This document shows positions 47,037 to 55,623 of a DNA stretch of 64,000 nt, piece after piece. The stretch comes from an uncultured Dehalococcoidia bacterium. GTDB lineage: Bacteria; Chloroflexota; Dehalococcoidia; Lucifugimonadales; UBA3495. The notes beneath the pieces are model-generated. The model ran no database searches and was not told the origin of the DNA. It saw only the letters and a program-made list of their open reading frames with translations. Within the stretch, counting starts at the first letter, position 1; every line of letters begins with the position of its first letter. The translations under genes and the position numbers were made by a program. The stretch spans positions 200,065 to 264,064 of the forward strand of contig CATOSP010000001.1 of NCBI GenBank assembly GCA_951812625.1, read 5' to 3'.

Positions 47037-47270
47037 TCAGCCGGAAAGTGACCGCCACTTGACGACGCCAATGATGAATGTCACTACACCCCCGATAAAC
47101 ATAGCACTGATGATGAGTCCGCCGACAGGTCCTGCCACGTTACTGGTGACAAACAACAGGATGACTGCGACCACTGCAAGCAAGGCTCCGACCAGCATGT
47201 ATTTGCCACCTGTTTTCATCTCAGTTAACCCCCTCTGAATACCCTCGCGTAAGCGAGCAATACGGACCAA
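47037..47270 (-). CDS. Small 2-TM membrane protein
   Basis: Hydrophobic stretches LVGALLAVVAVILLFV and LIISAMFIGGVVTFIIGV. The start may be MKTGG at 47219. Confidence 0.45.
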   Translation of the reverse strand: MVRIARLREGIQRGLTEMKTGGKYMLVGALLAVVAVILLFVTSNVAGPVGGLIISAMFIGGVVTFIIGVVKWRSLSG

Positions 47271-47632
47271 AGGGCACCACTCGCCCCAAACACGTAAGCA
47301 CCCGTTGCTGGATCGTTCTTGAGCAATCCCACGCCAACGCCTATGGCCGCGAAAACAGCGATCGGTGAGGCCCAGATTGCCAGCTTCTTGAGTGCAGCCT
47401 TTTGTTGCTCAGCAACCGCAGGCGGCGTGGAAGTCGAACCCCTAACCGGAACCTTGCCGCGCTGAGGAGACGACGCCTTTGGGTTGGGTTTGGGAGCGGG
47501 CCGCGGGCGGAGATTCTCGATATCGGGCGGACCTGTCTTGGGCCTCCCGGACCTCCGACGCAGGTCGCACTTTACGCACGTGCAAGCCGGGGGATGAGAA
47601 CCGCGTGTATATCCGTGGTCTATATTCGACAT
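47225..47632 (-). CDS. Protein with an N-terminal CxCxxC knuckle, a disordered basic/Pro linker and C-terminal TM segments
   Basis: ACTCVKCDLRRR, then a Pro/Lys-rich segment, then WASPIAVFAAIGVGVGLL. Confidence 0.45.
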   Translation of the reverse strand: MSNIDHGYTRGSHPPACTCVKCDLRRRSGRPKTGPPDIENLRPRPAPKPNPKASSPQRGKVPVRGSTSTPPAVAEQQKAALKKLAIWASPIAVFAAIGVGVGLLKNDPATGAYVFGASGALWSVLLAYARVFRGG

Positions 47633-47863
47633 TTCTAACCCCCATGCGGTTATGACTTACGCAGCTATAGAACAATAGGATTACGCTTTCCATCAAGACA
47701 TTTGGGCCGAACAGACAGCGGGCAAAGGGGGAGCGAGAGGAAATGGCGACAGGAATCGGAAGTAGGAACTTAGCGGTTCTGTCACAGGGTACCACCTTGC
47801 GAGGAGATAGATGGGCCGGGGCCTGAGTCCTTATGTGCCATTTGGACTTAAGTACTGAAGTGC

Positions 47864-48073
47864 TTACCTCCTTCGTCTGATATTTCGTTCAGCACCCTCT
47901 GTACCGCTCTTCGGAAAAGCCAACGGCGCGAGGAGTAACGCCGTCGTTAAACCAGCAATAACCCAGAACCCACTGTCGCCATCGCCAATGATCATCTCTC
48001 CGCAGGCGATGATGCCTACACTAAGAGAAAGCCAGAACCCGAACTTCCACATAAAAACCCTCGGGCGCGACAC
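47864..48073 (-). CDS. Small 2-TM membrane protein
   Basis: FGFWLSLSVGIIACG and FWVIAGLTTALLLAPLAF. Confidence 0.4.
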   Translation of the reverse strand: MSRPRVFMWKFGFWLSLSVGIIACGEMIIGDGDSGFWVIAGLTTALLLAPLAFPKSGTEGAERNIRRRR

Positions 48074-48437
48074 TCGCCGGAGGGTTTATTGCCAGTGGCC
48101 CAGACGGACTGGTAAGATGGATCCGTCCTGGACACAGGAGCCGCTTGCTAACGACGAGGTTCCGCGCTCTGCCCGCTGCCCAACAGCGGGTTTTGCGTTT
48201 TAAGATACCCGGTTTCTCTCAGGCTCAAACCCAGATTAGTATACTGACAGGTTCACAGTCAACCACACCGACCAGAAGAGAAAATTGCGAAACTCAGGAT
48301 ACGCCGCAACAATTGCGGTTTGCGTCAAATAAAATGACGAAACCGTCATCGGAGCAAGTCAACAAATGGTCAGCACTTAAGGGAGACCGACTAGGTGTCA
48401 TCCAACAATCTCGACGAGAAGCCCCTACTTCAATGGG

Positions 48438-48806
48438 CTATCCAGCCATCTGTTCCAGCAACAGGATCGGGATTCCAACGAGAGATACAAGCACCAGCCC
48501 TCCAAGCATCAAGGCATACATCCACCTAGTTCCAGCACGGTTGTTGCCAGTGCGAAGCGGGTATACGACATGCTCCCCTACCCATCGTCCAAAAAGCCCG
48601 CTGCCACCAAGAAAAAAACCAAGCATTCCGACAACCAGACTCCCGGCTACAAGGTCAACAACGAGCCAGTCGACTCCTTCCGTGACCTTGAAAAGTTGAC
48701 TCATAAAGTAAGCGCCAAATCCTACACCGGCAGAAGTCATTCCTGCCAGTGCCCCTAGAGCACGACACTTATGGAGACGGTCTACATCCAAGTCCCTTGT
48801 TTCCAT
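48438..48806 (-). CDS. Membrane protein (122 aa, 3-4 TM)
   Basis: Several hydrophobic helices. No family recognised. Confidence 0.45.
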   Translation of the reverse strand: METRDLDVDRLHKCRALGALAGMTSAGVGFGAYFMSQLFKVTEGVDWLVVDLVAGSLVVGMLGFFLGGSGLFGRWVGEHVVYPLRTGNNRAGTRWMYALMLGGLVLVSLVGIPILLLEQMAG

Positions 48807-49089
48807 ATTTGCTCCACCCCGTCATAGCATAATCTCCTGGGTCGGACAAGAAAGCCAACCCAGAAGCCCAGAGATTCTATATGTTATAACGGAGGGAAGC
48901 ACACAAGTTGCAGCTTCGAGTGAGCACGGCGGGAGATTGAAAATAAGAGTGCCGCCAAACAACAATGGCTCTCAACAAGAGCACTCCAAGGAGGAATGAC
49001 CACTGTAGCAAGGCACAGCCCAAGAGAAATCGAGATCAACCAGCACCAATCATTCCAAAATTAACCGCCGCACTCATACACTCATGCGA

Positions 49090-50295
49090 TCACAATACCG
49101 GCAACGGACAAGGCGGCACGTAATCCATGAACCACTTCAAGGAGATCAATCTGTCCTTCTTGTCATACCCCGAAGACTCGGACTCGGAAACGTAGCTGTC
49201 ACCAACGCCCTCCTCCCAGTCCCAGTCATAAATATTGTTCTTGAACAGGACAGCTCCCGAAATCTCGTCCAGCTCCCTCAGCAGTTGATACATCCGCCGA
49301 GGCAAAGGCCGATCAGGGTACATTTCCTTTCCCAGAAAAGCATACCATCTGAGCATCATCACCACCGCCAACAGTTGTTCCTTGGTAACGGTACTCCCAG
49401 CAACCTCGTACTGCTGTACTCGCTTCTCGGGCTCATGGACCCAACGAACACCATATCGCTCCGGCATCTCCAGGACCTTTCGCTCCGGCATTGCATAAGA
49501 GTCCTTCATCTTCTCAGCTTCAACAGCCTCGCACTCCGGGCAACCCGGCATCGGGGACCACTCAGCAAGCTCCTCCGACCGGATTCCTGTCATGCCTCCC
49601 ATCAGCTCCATCCAGCAGCCGTCGCACAGCGATACTTCACCGCACCGCCCTCCCGGGCGATGAACAAACATGCCCACGGAGGAATAACTTCCCTCGGCCA
49701 ATCCAGCAAAATCTCCGCCACATCGAGCACAGTAAACCTCTTTGTCTTTCAGCGCGGACATATTGGCCTCAAACCTCTCTATCCACTCCTCATACTCCCG
49801 CTGCTTCCTAGCGTCACTACGCATGTCCTCACGGATACCAATCTGCGCGATCTCCGACTTCTGAAGCCGCTCCCAAATCGCTGTAATACGCCTTCTCTCG
49901 CGGTCCCGGCAGTTCCCCGGAGCAATATGCGCTCTACCGACAGCGCACCCATCCGGGCTGTCTCCAGTCTCCAGCTCAAAGACATCTATCCCGTGCCCCA
50001 TACAATGGGCCACCTTCTCGACCGGCAGACCTTCAGTGCCAGTAAACAGCAGCCAAGTGGATGGCCTGGTTCCACGCTCCAACAGAATGTCAGGACCGTC
50101 ACCGCTGCTTCCAGGATCCAGCTGCACCGCTGTGACATCAATCAGAATGTTCTCCACGAACCCTACCCCTGTACAACGGCCACAGCACTCCTTAAAGAAC
50201 AGCCAGAACCCCATCTGCTTCCTCCGGCAAGTCTCCAGCCTATTGAAAAGCATCGCCCGGTTAGCAAAACGAGCGATGTTCTCCCGTTCACTCAT
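49090..50295 (-). CDS. Unknown 401-aa Cys-rich protein
   Basis: Natural acidic/basic composition. Cys pairs CCGRC, CARCGG, CDGC and CPEC. The opposite-strand ORF 49084..50349 looks like a shadow. Confidence 0.6.
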   Translation of the reverse strand: MSERENIARFANRAMLFNRLETCRRKQMGFWLFFKECCGRCTGVGFVENILIDVTAVQLDPGSSGDGPDILLERGTRPSTWLLFTGTEGLPVEKVAHCMGHGIDVFELETGDSPDGCAVGRAHIAPGNCRDRERRRITAIWERLQKSEIAQIGIREDMRSDARKQREYEEWIERFEANMSALKDKEVYCARCGGDFAGLAEGSYSSVGMFVHRPGGRCGEVSLCDGCWMELMGGMTGIRSEELAEWSPMPGCPECEAVEAEKMKDSYAMPERKVLEMPERYGVRWVHEPEKRVQQYEVAGSTVTKEQLLAVVMMLRWYAFLGKEMYPDRPLPRRMYQLLRELDEISGAVLFKNNIYDWDWEEGVGDSYVSESESSGYDKKDRLISLKWFMDYVPPCPLPVL

Positions 50296-50450
50296 CTACT
50301 GCTCCAGCATTATTGGTTTCAAAGTCTTCCTGAATGGGCAACAGGATAGCTCAATCGAGCGCGATCCGTTAGAATCAGAACTCCAAGGAAGCGGAATGCA
50401 ATTCCTAAGCATCCAGACAGACCCAATACTCTTCTGGAAACTCATATCTG

Positions 50451-50810
50451 TCACATTTCTTGTAATGTGGCTACTAACGACCTTAACTCTAGTATTACTA
50501 GGAGCAACACTACGCCTAGTACTGCGCAGGCTAGTCCTGCGAGAAGAATCCACACACCCAAACCAAGGTCTTCTTCCACCGGATCAACCCTCAACCGGCG
50601 ACAACGCCACCTCGAAGTATCCTGTCGCTGAATCCAAAGGCTCAGCATAGACGAAATCAGAACAACCAATCCTATAAAGGTGATAGCGACTCCAAAAGCG
50701 ACCATCGAACCAAAAACCGCGTAGGGAAGCCACCAGAGGCCAACACTTCCCTCACCGTATAAGCCCATGTTCATACTGGCTCTGATGCCTATCACAGTAT
50801 TTGAACACAC
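50451..50810 (-). CDS. Membrane protein (about 105-119 aa)
   Basis: Two long hydrophobic helices separated by a basic loop (RWRCRRLR). Confidence 0.45.
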   Translation of the reverse strand: MCSNTVIGIRASMNMGLYGEGSVGLWWLPYAVFGSMVAFGVAITFIGLVVLISSMLSLWIQRQDTSRWRCRRLRVDPVEEDLGLGVWILLAGLACAVLGVVLLLVILELRSLVATLQEM

Positions 50811-50988
50811 CCATCCCGAAGATGTTCTTGGCTACGGGCTGGTGACATCTCCCATACTGACACTGCCCAACCTGTTTCCGCGCAGGTTTCCCCTTCAACT
50901 TCTTGTGGCAGTTGAGACAGTACGGAAACTTCACCTTCTTTGGACGCTTGCAGATTGGACAACGGCTCCGTCCTCCTCTCGCCACCAT
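50752..50988 (-). CDS. Small Cys/His-rich zinc-finger-like basic protein (78 aa)
   Basis: MVARGGRSRCPICKRP...CLNCHKK...CQYGRC...YCDRH. Its ATG overlaps the stop of the upstream ORF at 50988. The track ORF extends to 51183. Confidence 0.45.
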   Translation of the reverse strand: MVARGGRSRCPICKRPKKVKFPYCLNCHKKLKGKPARKQVGQCQYGRCHQPVAKNIFGMGVFKYCDRHQSQYEHGLIR

Positions 50989-51431
50989 CACGACAATCTC
51001 CAGGTATCTGCGCAGAAGTGCGCGATGGTGTAGATCGGGTATCCCATCTCCTCGCGGAATTCTTTCATGTACTCGATGGTTTGTTTTAGCCCCCAAGCTA
51101 TTCCCTGAATGCGCGGAGGCACAGGGTTGGTTTCCGTGGCCAATGCATGTTCGTCCCAGTCGTTTCTCTGAAGGGCGATACATGCGAGCCTGTATTCGCC
51201 GTCTGTGGGCGGTTCTATCCTGGTGGATTCGAGGACCTCCTTAAACGCTTGGGTTACCATATTGTGGGGCTCTTGGTCTTCGATATGGATTTCAGTGAAA
51301 CCACTGTCTGCCCGAGACTCACTGCCGAACGGATTCCCCATGTCTCGTATTTGGCCAGCTATGGCAAGTGCTCCAGCCATTCCCAATGCAGCCACTATTC
51401 CCCAAAAACCCTGCTGCCAACTCACGCTCAT
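50988..51431 (-). CDS. N-terminally anchored protein of unknown function (147 aa)
   Basis: N-terminal TM FWGIVAALGMAGALAIAG followed by a soluble domain. Confidence 0.5.
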   Translation of the reverse strand: MSVSWQQGFWGIVAALGMAGALAIAGQIRDMGNPFGSESRADSGFTEIHIEDQEPHNMVTQAFKEVLESTRIEPPTDGEYRLACIALQRNDWDEHALATETNPVPPRIQGIAWGLKQTIEYMKEFREEMGYPIYTIAHFCADTWRLS

Positions 51432-51468
51432 TTAATTCCTCCAGCAACTTTGTGCGCAGCTCCGATCC

Positions 51469-51756
51469 TCACATGCACCGCTCTACCGGCAATAACACGA
51501 GAGCCCCCAAGCAGAGACCAAAGAGCACAAGGCCCACGAACACCGTCATTCGGATGAATCTCCGGTCCGCGAGGAGAGCCTCATCACTGACTTGGTACTG
51601 AGGCATGAACCGGACAATAACCGCGCCGACCACCATCACAACTCCAACCACAACGCCCAACGCCGCCAATGAACCCAGCGCACACATCACTCGCGCTCTT
51701 TCATGCCAAAGCAAACAGGCTGGCCCAACAGGATAGAAGATTGGCATCGCCAACAC
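51469..51756 (-). CDS. Small membrane protein (95 aa)
   Basis: Two or three hydrophobic helices. Confidence 0.4.
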   Translation of the reverse strand: MLAMPIFYPVGPACLLWHERARVMCALGSLAALGVVVGVVMVVGAVIVRFMPQYQVSDEALLADRRFIRMTVFVGLVLFGLCLGALVLLPVERCM

Positions 51757-51807
51757 TGCCGTGGGCCAGCTCCATCACCAAGCCACGGGTCTTCTGACAT
51801 AGAAAAA

Positions 51808-51845
51808 CCTCCCGTTCAACGGTGACCACTCACCGGAACGGGAGG
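51808..51845 (-). terminator. Strong intrinsic terminator (minus strand)
   Basis: 10-bp GC stem CCTCCCGTTC/GAACGGGAGG with a nested GGTGA/TCACC hairpin. On the minus strand it is followed by TTTTTCT. Confidence 0.6.
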
Positions 51846-52102
51846 CCAGGGTCGCTTGACTGCCGACGAAAACCTTAACGCCGTTGCTCATGGAGGACGC
51901 CCCCTTTCGGTGGTGGGATAGAGGCTACCTGCCAGAGCAACCTTGATCCTCAATGAGCCGCAAGGGGGCACGAATGCCCCTTTCCCAATGCTCACCGGAC
52001 AACGGACTCTCAAAGACTAACTGGGGTTGCTCTGGCACGCCCATTCAAGCACAGAGAGGGAGTGACTGTAAAGAAAACCCTGTCACAATTGTTTTACATG
52101 GC
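51846..52102 (-). ncRNA. Candidate structured RNA bounded by two minus-strand terminators
   Basis: A 12-bp long-range pairing (51931-51942 GCCAGAGCAACC with 52025-52036 GGTTGCTCTGGC) encloses a hairpin at 51962-51982. No convincing ORF. No class recognised. Confidence 0.25.
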
Positions 52103-52140
52103 AAAAAGAAAAGCCGCCGGCAGAGTCCGGCGACTTTGTT
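52103..52140. terminator. Hairpin with T-runs on both strands
   Basis: GCCGCCGG-CAGAGT-CCGGCGAC. The minus strand continues TTTTCTTTTT and the plus strand TTTGTT. Confidence 0.5.
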
Positions 52141-52619
52141 ATTATAGTAGAAAAGTTGGGCTGGAGGCCCCGATTTAGCTACGAACGCAACTTATGTCCC
52201 TGCCTCAACCCTGTTAGCAGTTTCCTGCACCCAAACCCCAAGATAGCCTAACACTTCCAACTCCTTTCAATAATGGATCGGCTATCGACTAACAAGAGTC
52301 GTCAGGGAGCGGTGGCCGTTGGCAGTCTGGGGTCGGGCCTTCCAGTCCCACCACACTGGACAAAATCAGGAACCTTCACCATCTCGTTCGCTTTAGCCCT
52401 GTAACCGGGCTGGCACCGCCCTGCCAAATGTATGCCCCGCGGGTGTAAATGGGGGTGCCGGGCGCGAATAGAGTGGGTCTGATGCCCCTGTAGCGAAACG
52501 AAGGGCATCGGTCATATACCGTCTCCCCTCACCGCTCCTGCTTCCCCCGAGACCCCATGCCTGCCTTTGCCCGGTCCTGAAGGTCTTGGCATTCCGTTAG
52601 CATAGGGTGCGCGGACAAT

Positions 52620-53225
52620 TCATTGCCTGGCGACGGTCTTCCTCCTTCGTGAGAACTGACGCTCTACTCCGGTGACCCTCATTCGGAAATCCATCATCTG
52701 CCTACTAACCCCAAATTCGTCGCACGCTACATCCTTCGGCCTCTTTTGGGCACTCAATCTCACAAGGGCATCCCTAGGTAGCAACAGGGCGCCAGCGAGC
52801 CAATTTGCCTCTTCTTCGGCAGCCTTGTTAAACCCACGTAAGGCGAGGTTCTCCTGCCCAGCGAAAAACATAGTGCTTGGTTCATGGCCTAGCAAGAGGT
52901 GAGCCAATTCGTGCATCACATCGCTGGAATAGCGACCACGCCGGTGATTTGGGTTTAGGATGATGGCGTCCCGGTTAGCGGCCGATACAGTTATAGCGGA
53001 CCAAGAATCCGGGTCGCTATGCACCAGTTGCGTGACGTCGGCAGGAGCTAATCCAAGGTCTTCGACTGACCAAAGATATACTCCCAAATACGACGCGAGT
53101 TGTTCTGCTGGTAAGGGGGCAGCCGGGTCCAAGCCTAACTCTGCTCGTAGCGAGCGGGACATCTCCTCACAGCGGGTTTTAAAGCCCTTCTCCATCCACT
53201 TCTCCCACCTTTCCAGGTGCATCAT
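52620..53225 (-). CDS. capP: ImmA/IrrE-family Zn metallopeptidase (CapP-like)
   Basis: HELAHLLLGH (HEXXH) and a 201-aa length. It lies immediately downstream of, and overlaps, the XRE gene. Confidence 0.7.
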   Translation of the reverse strand: MMHLERWEKWMEKGFKTRCEEMSRSLRAELGLDPAAPLPAEQLASYLGVYLWSVEDLGLAPADVTQLVHSDPDSWSAITVSAANRDAIILNPNHRRGRYSSDVMHELAHLLLGHEPSTMFFAGQENLALRGFNKAAEEEANWLAGALLLPRDALVRLSAQKRPKDVACDEFGVSRQMMDFRMRVTGVERQFSRRRKTVARQ

Positions 53226-53574
53226 GCAACATCAACTGTGCCCTGAGAATGGCGTTAGCCAGAGCGCCCGCCGTGTTCGGGTCGATCTCGCGATGTGCCT
53301 TCAGGTGCGCAGCAGCGACATGGGTAGGGGTTGTTTCCGTTGATTGGGGCGTAACGTCCAAAAGGGCACCCGGGTCTACACCTAGCCAGCGACATAGTTT
53401 CCCGAAGGTTTGGAGGTCGGGCATTTTGCCTGACTCAATGCGAGAGAGGGTCGGCGCGCTGGTGCCAATTTCGCTCGCCACCGTCCTAAGCCCTCGAGAA
53501 CCCCGTTTTTCACGGACAATGGTTCCTAGGTTCTGTAATGTGACCTTAACCACAGCGCCTCCCGTTCCAGCCAT
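53179..53574 (-). CDS. capH: XRE-family helix-turn-helix regulator (CapH-like)
   Basis: LRTVASEIGTSAPTLSRIESGK is an XRE HTH. The gene is divergent from the CBASS-like operon. Confidence 0.7.
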   Translation of the reverse strand: MAGTGGAVVKVTLQNLGTIVREKRGSRGLRTVASEIGTSAPTLSRIESGKMPDLQTFGKLCRWLGVDPGALLDVTPQSTETTPTHVAAAHLKAHREIDPNTAGALANAILRAQLMLHDAPGKVGEVDGEGL

Positions 53575-53686
53575 GAAACAACGTCTTGACAGCGTAACGT
53601 CTGTTGGGTTAGCCTATGCGTAACCCTAGCAAAACGCTGTTTCACTCGTGGTGATTGGATGATAATCAAGAACCAAGCCGTAGTCA
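53575..53686. promoter_or_regulatory. Divergent control region between the XRE regulator and the patatin gene
   Basis: TTGACA at 53586-53591 with TAGCCT about 18 nt downstream. ACGTCT is repeated at 53582 and 53597, and a related ACGCTGTT sits at 53634. Confidence 0.3.
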
Positions 53687-54667
53687 ATGGTGGTGTTCGG
53701 AGAGCTTGTCGTGTCTAGCTTCGACCGGACAAGGCCACCGACAGTTCCAACAGAGAGCTTCAGCATCCTGGCGGTGGATGGAGGTGGTACGAGAGGGATT
53801 TACGCCGCTCAAATCCTTGCCAAAGTCGAAGATGCTCTCGGGCGGCAGGTCAACGACTGTTTTGACCTTCTCGCTGGGACGAGCACCGGATCCATCATCA
53901 CGGGAGCCGCGGCGTCGGGAGTTCCATTGAAAGAAGTGGTCGCTTTATTCGAGAAAGAATCGCCGCGCATTTTTGGGAAAGCCCGCTTTCCTGCTCGCAT
54001 CTCCGTGTTCTGGCGTAGCCGGTACTCCAGGACGACTCTCGAAAGCGTGCTACAAGAATACCTGCCCCAGGCCGTCCTTCGGGATATATCGACCCCACTG
54101 ATGATAACGAGCGCTGATATAGCCACGGGCGGAGTCCACGTCTTCAAGTCCCGCTACTTGGGCGATCTCGGAGAACCCTATGAGAGGGACGGAGAGGTGC
54201 TCCTCAGCGATGCGATTCTTGCCTCCTGCGCGGCGCCGACCTATTTCGACCCCAAGGCAGTGGGGCCGTATCTGCTGACGGATGGCGGCCTTTGGGCCAA
54301 CAATCCGTCAATCATAGCGTTTACCGAGGCTGTATCAAAATTCAAGAAGGAGGTGGCGGAGGTAAGAGTTTTGTCCGTAGGCACTGGCCACACGACGACC
54401 ATGTACACGAAACGGAGTTCTTGGGGCCTCCTGACCGGATGGGGAGGTAACAAGCTGGTCTCATACACTTTGGGGCTTCAATCACAGGCTTCTACGAACA
54501 TGGCAAAGCTTATTTTAGGCGACCGATACCTGCGTCTTGACCCGGAGATTGACAGCTGGGAATTGGACGATACCAGGCACCTCGCTAACCTAAAAGCTCT
54601 CGCAGAGAGGGATTTCACATACCGGTCCAAAACAATCCTAGACCACATAAGGAGAAACACCGAATGA
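53687..54667 (+). CDS. Patatin-like phospholipase (CapV-like CBASS effector)
   Basis: DGGGTRG oxyanion motif, GTSTGS nucleophile elbow and a DGG catalytic Asp region. Confidence 0.85.
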   Translation: MVVFGELVVSSFDRTRPPTVPTESFSILAVDGGGTRGIYAAQILAKVEDALGRQVNDCFDLLAGTSTGSIITGAAASGVPLKEVVALFEKESPRIFGKARFPARISVFWRSRYSRTTLESVLQEYLPQAVLRDISTPLMITSADIATGGVHVFKSRYLGDLGEPYERDGEVLLSDAILASCAAPTYFDPKAVGPYLLTDGGLWANNPSIIAFTEAVSKFKKEVAEVRVLSVGTGHTTTMYTKRSSWGLLTGWGGNKLVSYTLGLQSQASTNMAKLILGDRYLRLDPEIDSWELDDTRHLANLKALAERDFTYRSKTILDHIRRNTE

Positions 54668-55623
54668 AGCGGGTAGAAGACTTCAACGAATTCCTGTCCA
54701 ACCATGTGAACATCAACCAGTCCCGGTTGGACGATCTGAACGACCATGTCGCGGCTGTGACGACGCACTTGAGTCGGGACTTGGAGTCGTTCAAAAAAGT
54801 GGAGCGCCAAGGCTCCTATGCCTTGCGGATGATTATCAAGCCGAAGGAAAAGAAGGAATACGACGCCGACGTGCTGCTCTTCATGAAGTACCAGCCGGGA
54901 AAGAAACCTGCCGAGTACATCAACGACGCTTACAACTGCCTCCGGCAACACGGCACCTACAAGGACATGGTGCATAGGAAGACCCGCTGCGTGATGGTGG
55001 ATTACGCCGGGGATTTTCACTTGGACATCGTTCCTTGCGTCGAGTTCAACGGCCAACGCTACGTCTGCAACAACAAGACCAACCAGTTCGAAGTCACGGA
55101 CGGAACCGGCTATCGGGACTGGTTCAACCGGAAGACCCAGATCACCAACGGCAATCTCAAGCGAGCCACAAGGGTTCTCAAGTATATGCGAGACCACAAG
55201 GGCAACTTCACCGCCCCTTCGATCCTCCTCACCACTCTTATCGGAATGAGTGTGCAGGACAACGAGGGCGACGCCTGCTTCAAAACCGTCCCCGACACGT
55301 TGAAGACGGTATGCAACCGCATAAACGCTTTCTTGCAGGCCAATCCCAACCAGCCCGAAATACGCAACCCGGTGCTACACCAGGAGACCTTCACGCGGCA
55401 TTGGGACCAGAACAAGTACCGGAACTTCCGGGACAAGTTCAAGATTTACAATGACCAAGTAAACGACGCCTATGATGAGACCGACCCCCAGAAGAGCGTA
55501 CAGAAATGGCAGAAGCTGTTCGGTGAGGACTTCGGCAAGTCGAAGTCCAAGAGCAGCGGAGCGTCTGGCGCCGCGGCAATGGCTGCCACGACCGTAACTC
55601 CCAGGAAGCCTTGGGCGAGATGA
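54664..55623 (+). CDS. SMODS/CD-NTase-type nucleotidyltransferase (putative cyclic oligonucleotide synthase)
   Basis: QGSYALRMIIKP....EYDADVLLF....FHLDIVPC gives the pol-beta GS / DxD / D triad. ATGA overlap with the patatin stop. Confidence 0.75.
   Translation: MKRVEDFNEFLSNHVNINQSRLDDLNDHVAAVTTHLSRDLESFKKVERQGSYALRMIIKPKEKKEYDADVLLFMKYQPGKKPAEYINDAYNCLRQHGTYKDMVHRKTRCVMVDYAGDFHLDIVPCVEFNGQRYVCNNKTNQFEVTDGTGYRDWFNRKTQITNGNLKRATRVLKYMRDHKGNFTAPSILLTTLIGMSVQDNEGDACFKTVPDTLKTVCNRINAFLQANPNQPEIRNPVLHQETFTRHWDQNKYRNFRDKFKIYNDQVNDAYDETDPQKSVQKWQKLFGEDFGKSKSKSSGASGAAAMAATTVTPRKPWAR

Noticed and set aside
52330-52430. The minus-strand segment GGTGAAGGTTCC ... CCAGTGTGGTGGGACTGGAAGGCC resembles pieces of a cobalamin riboswitch (GGTGAAA.CC, GCCACTG...GGGAAGGC).
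   Set aside because: The core CCCGC/B12-box elements are missing, the spacing is wrong, and no cobalamin-related gene lies downstream.
52302-52508. 68-aa minus-strand ORF in the long non-coding gap.
   Set aside because: Its composition is His/Arg/Pro-rich, there is no RBS, and the start codon is buried in a hairpin. It is treated as part of the non-coding structured region.
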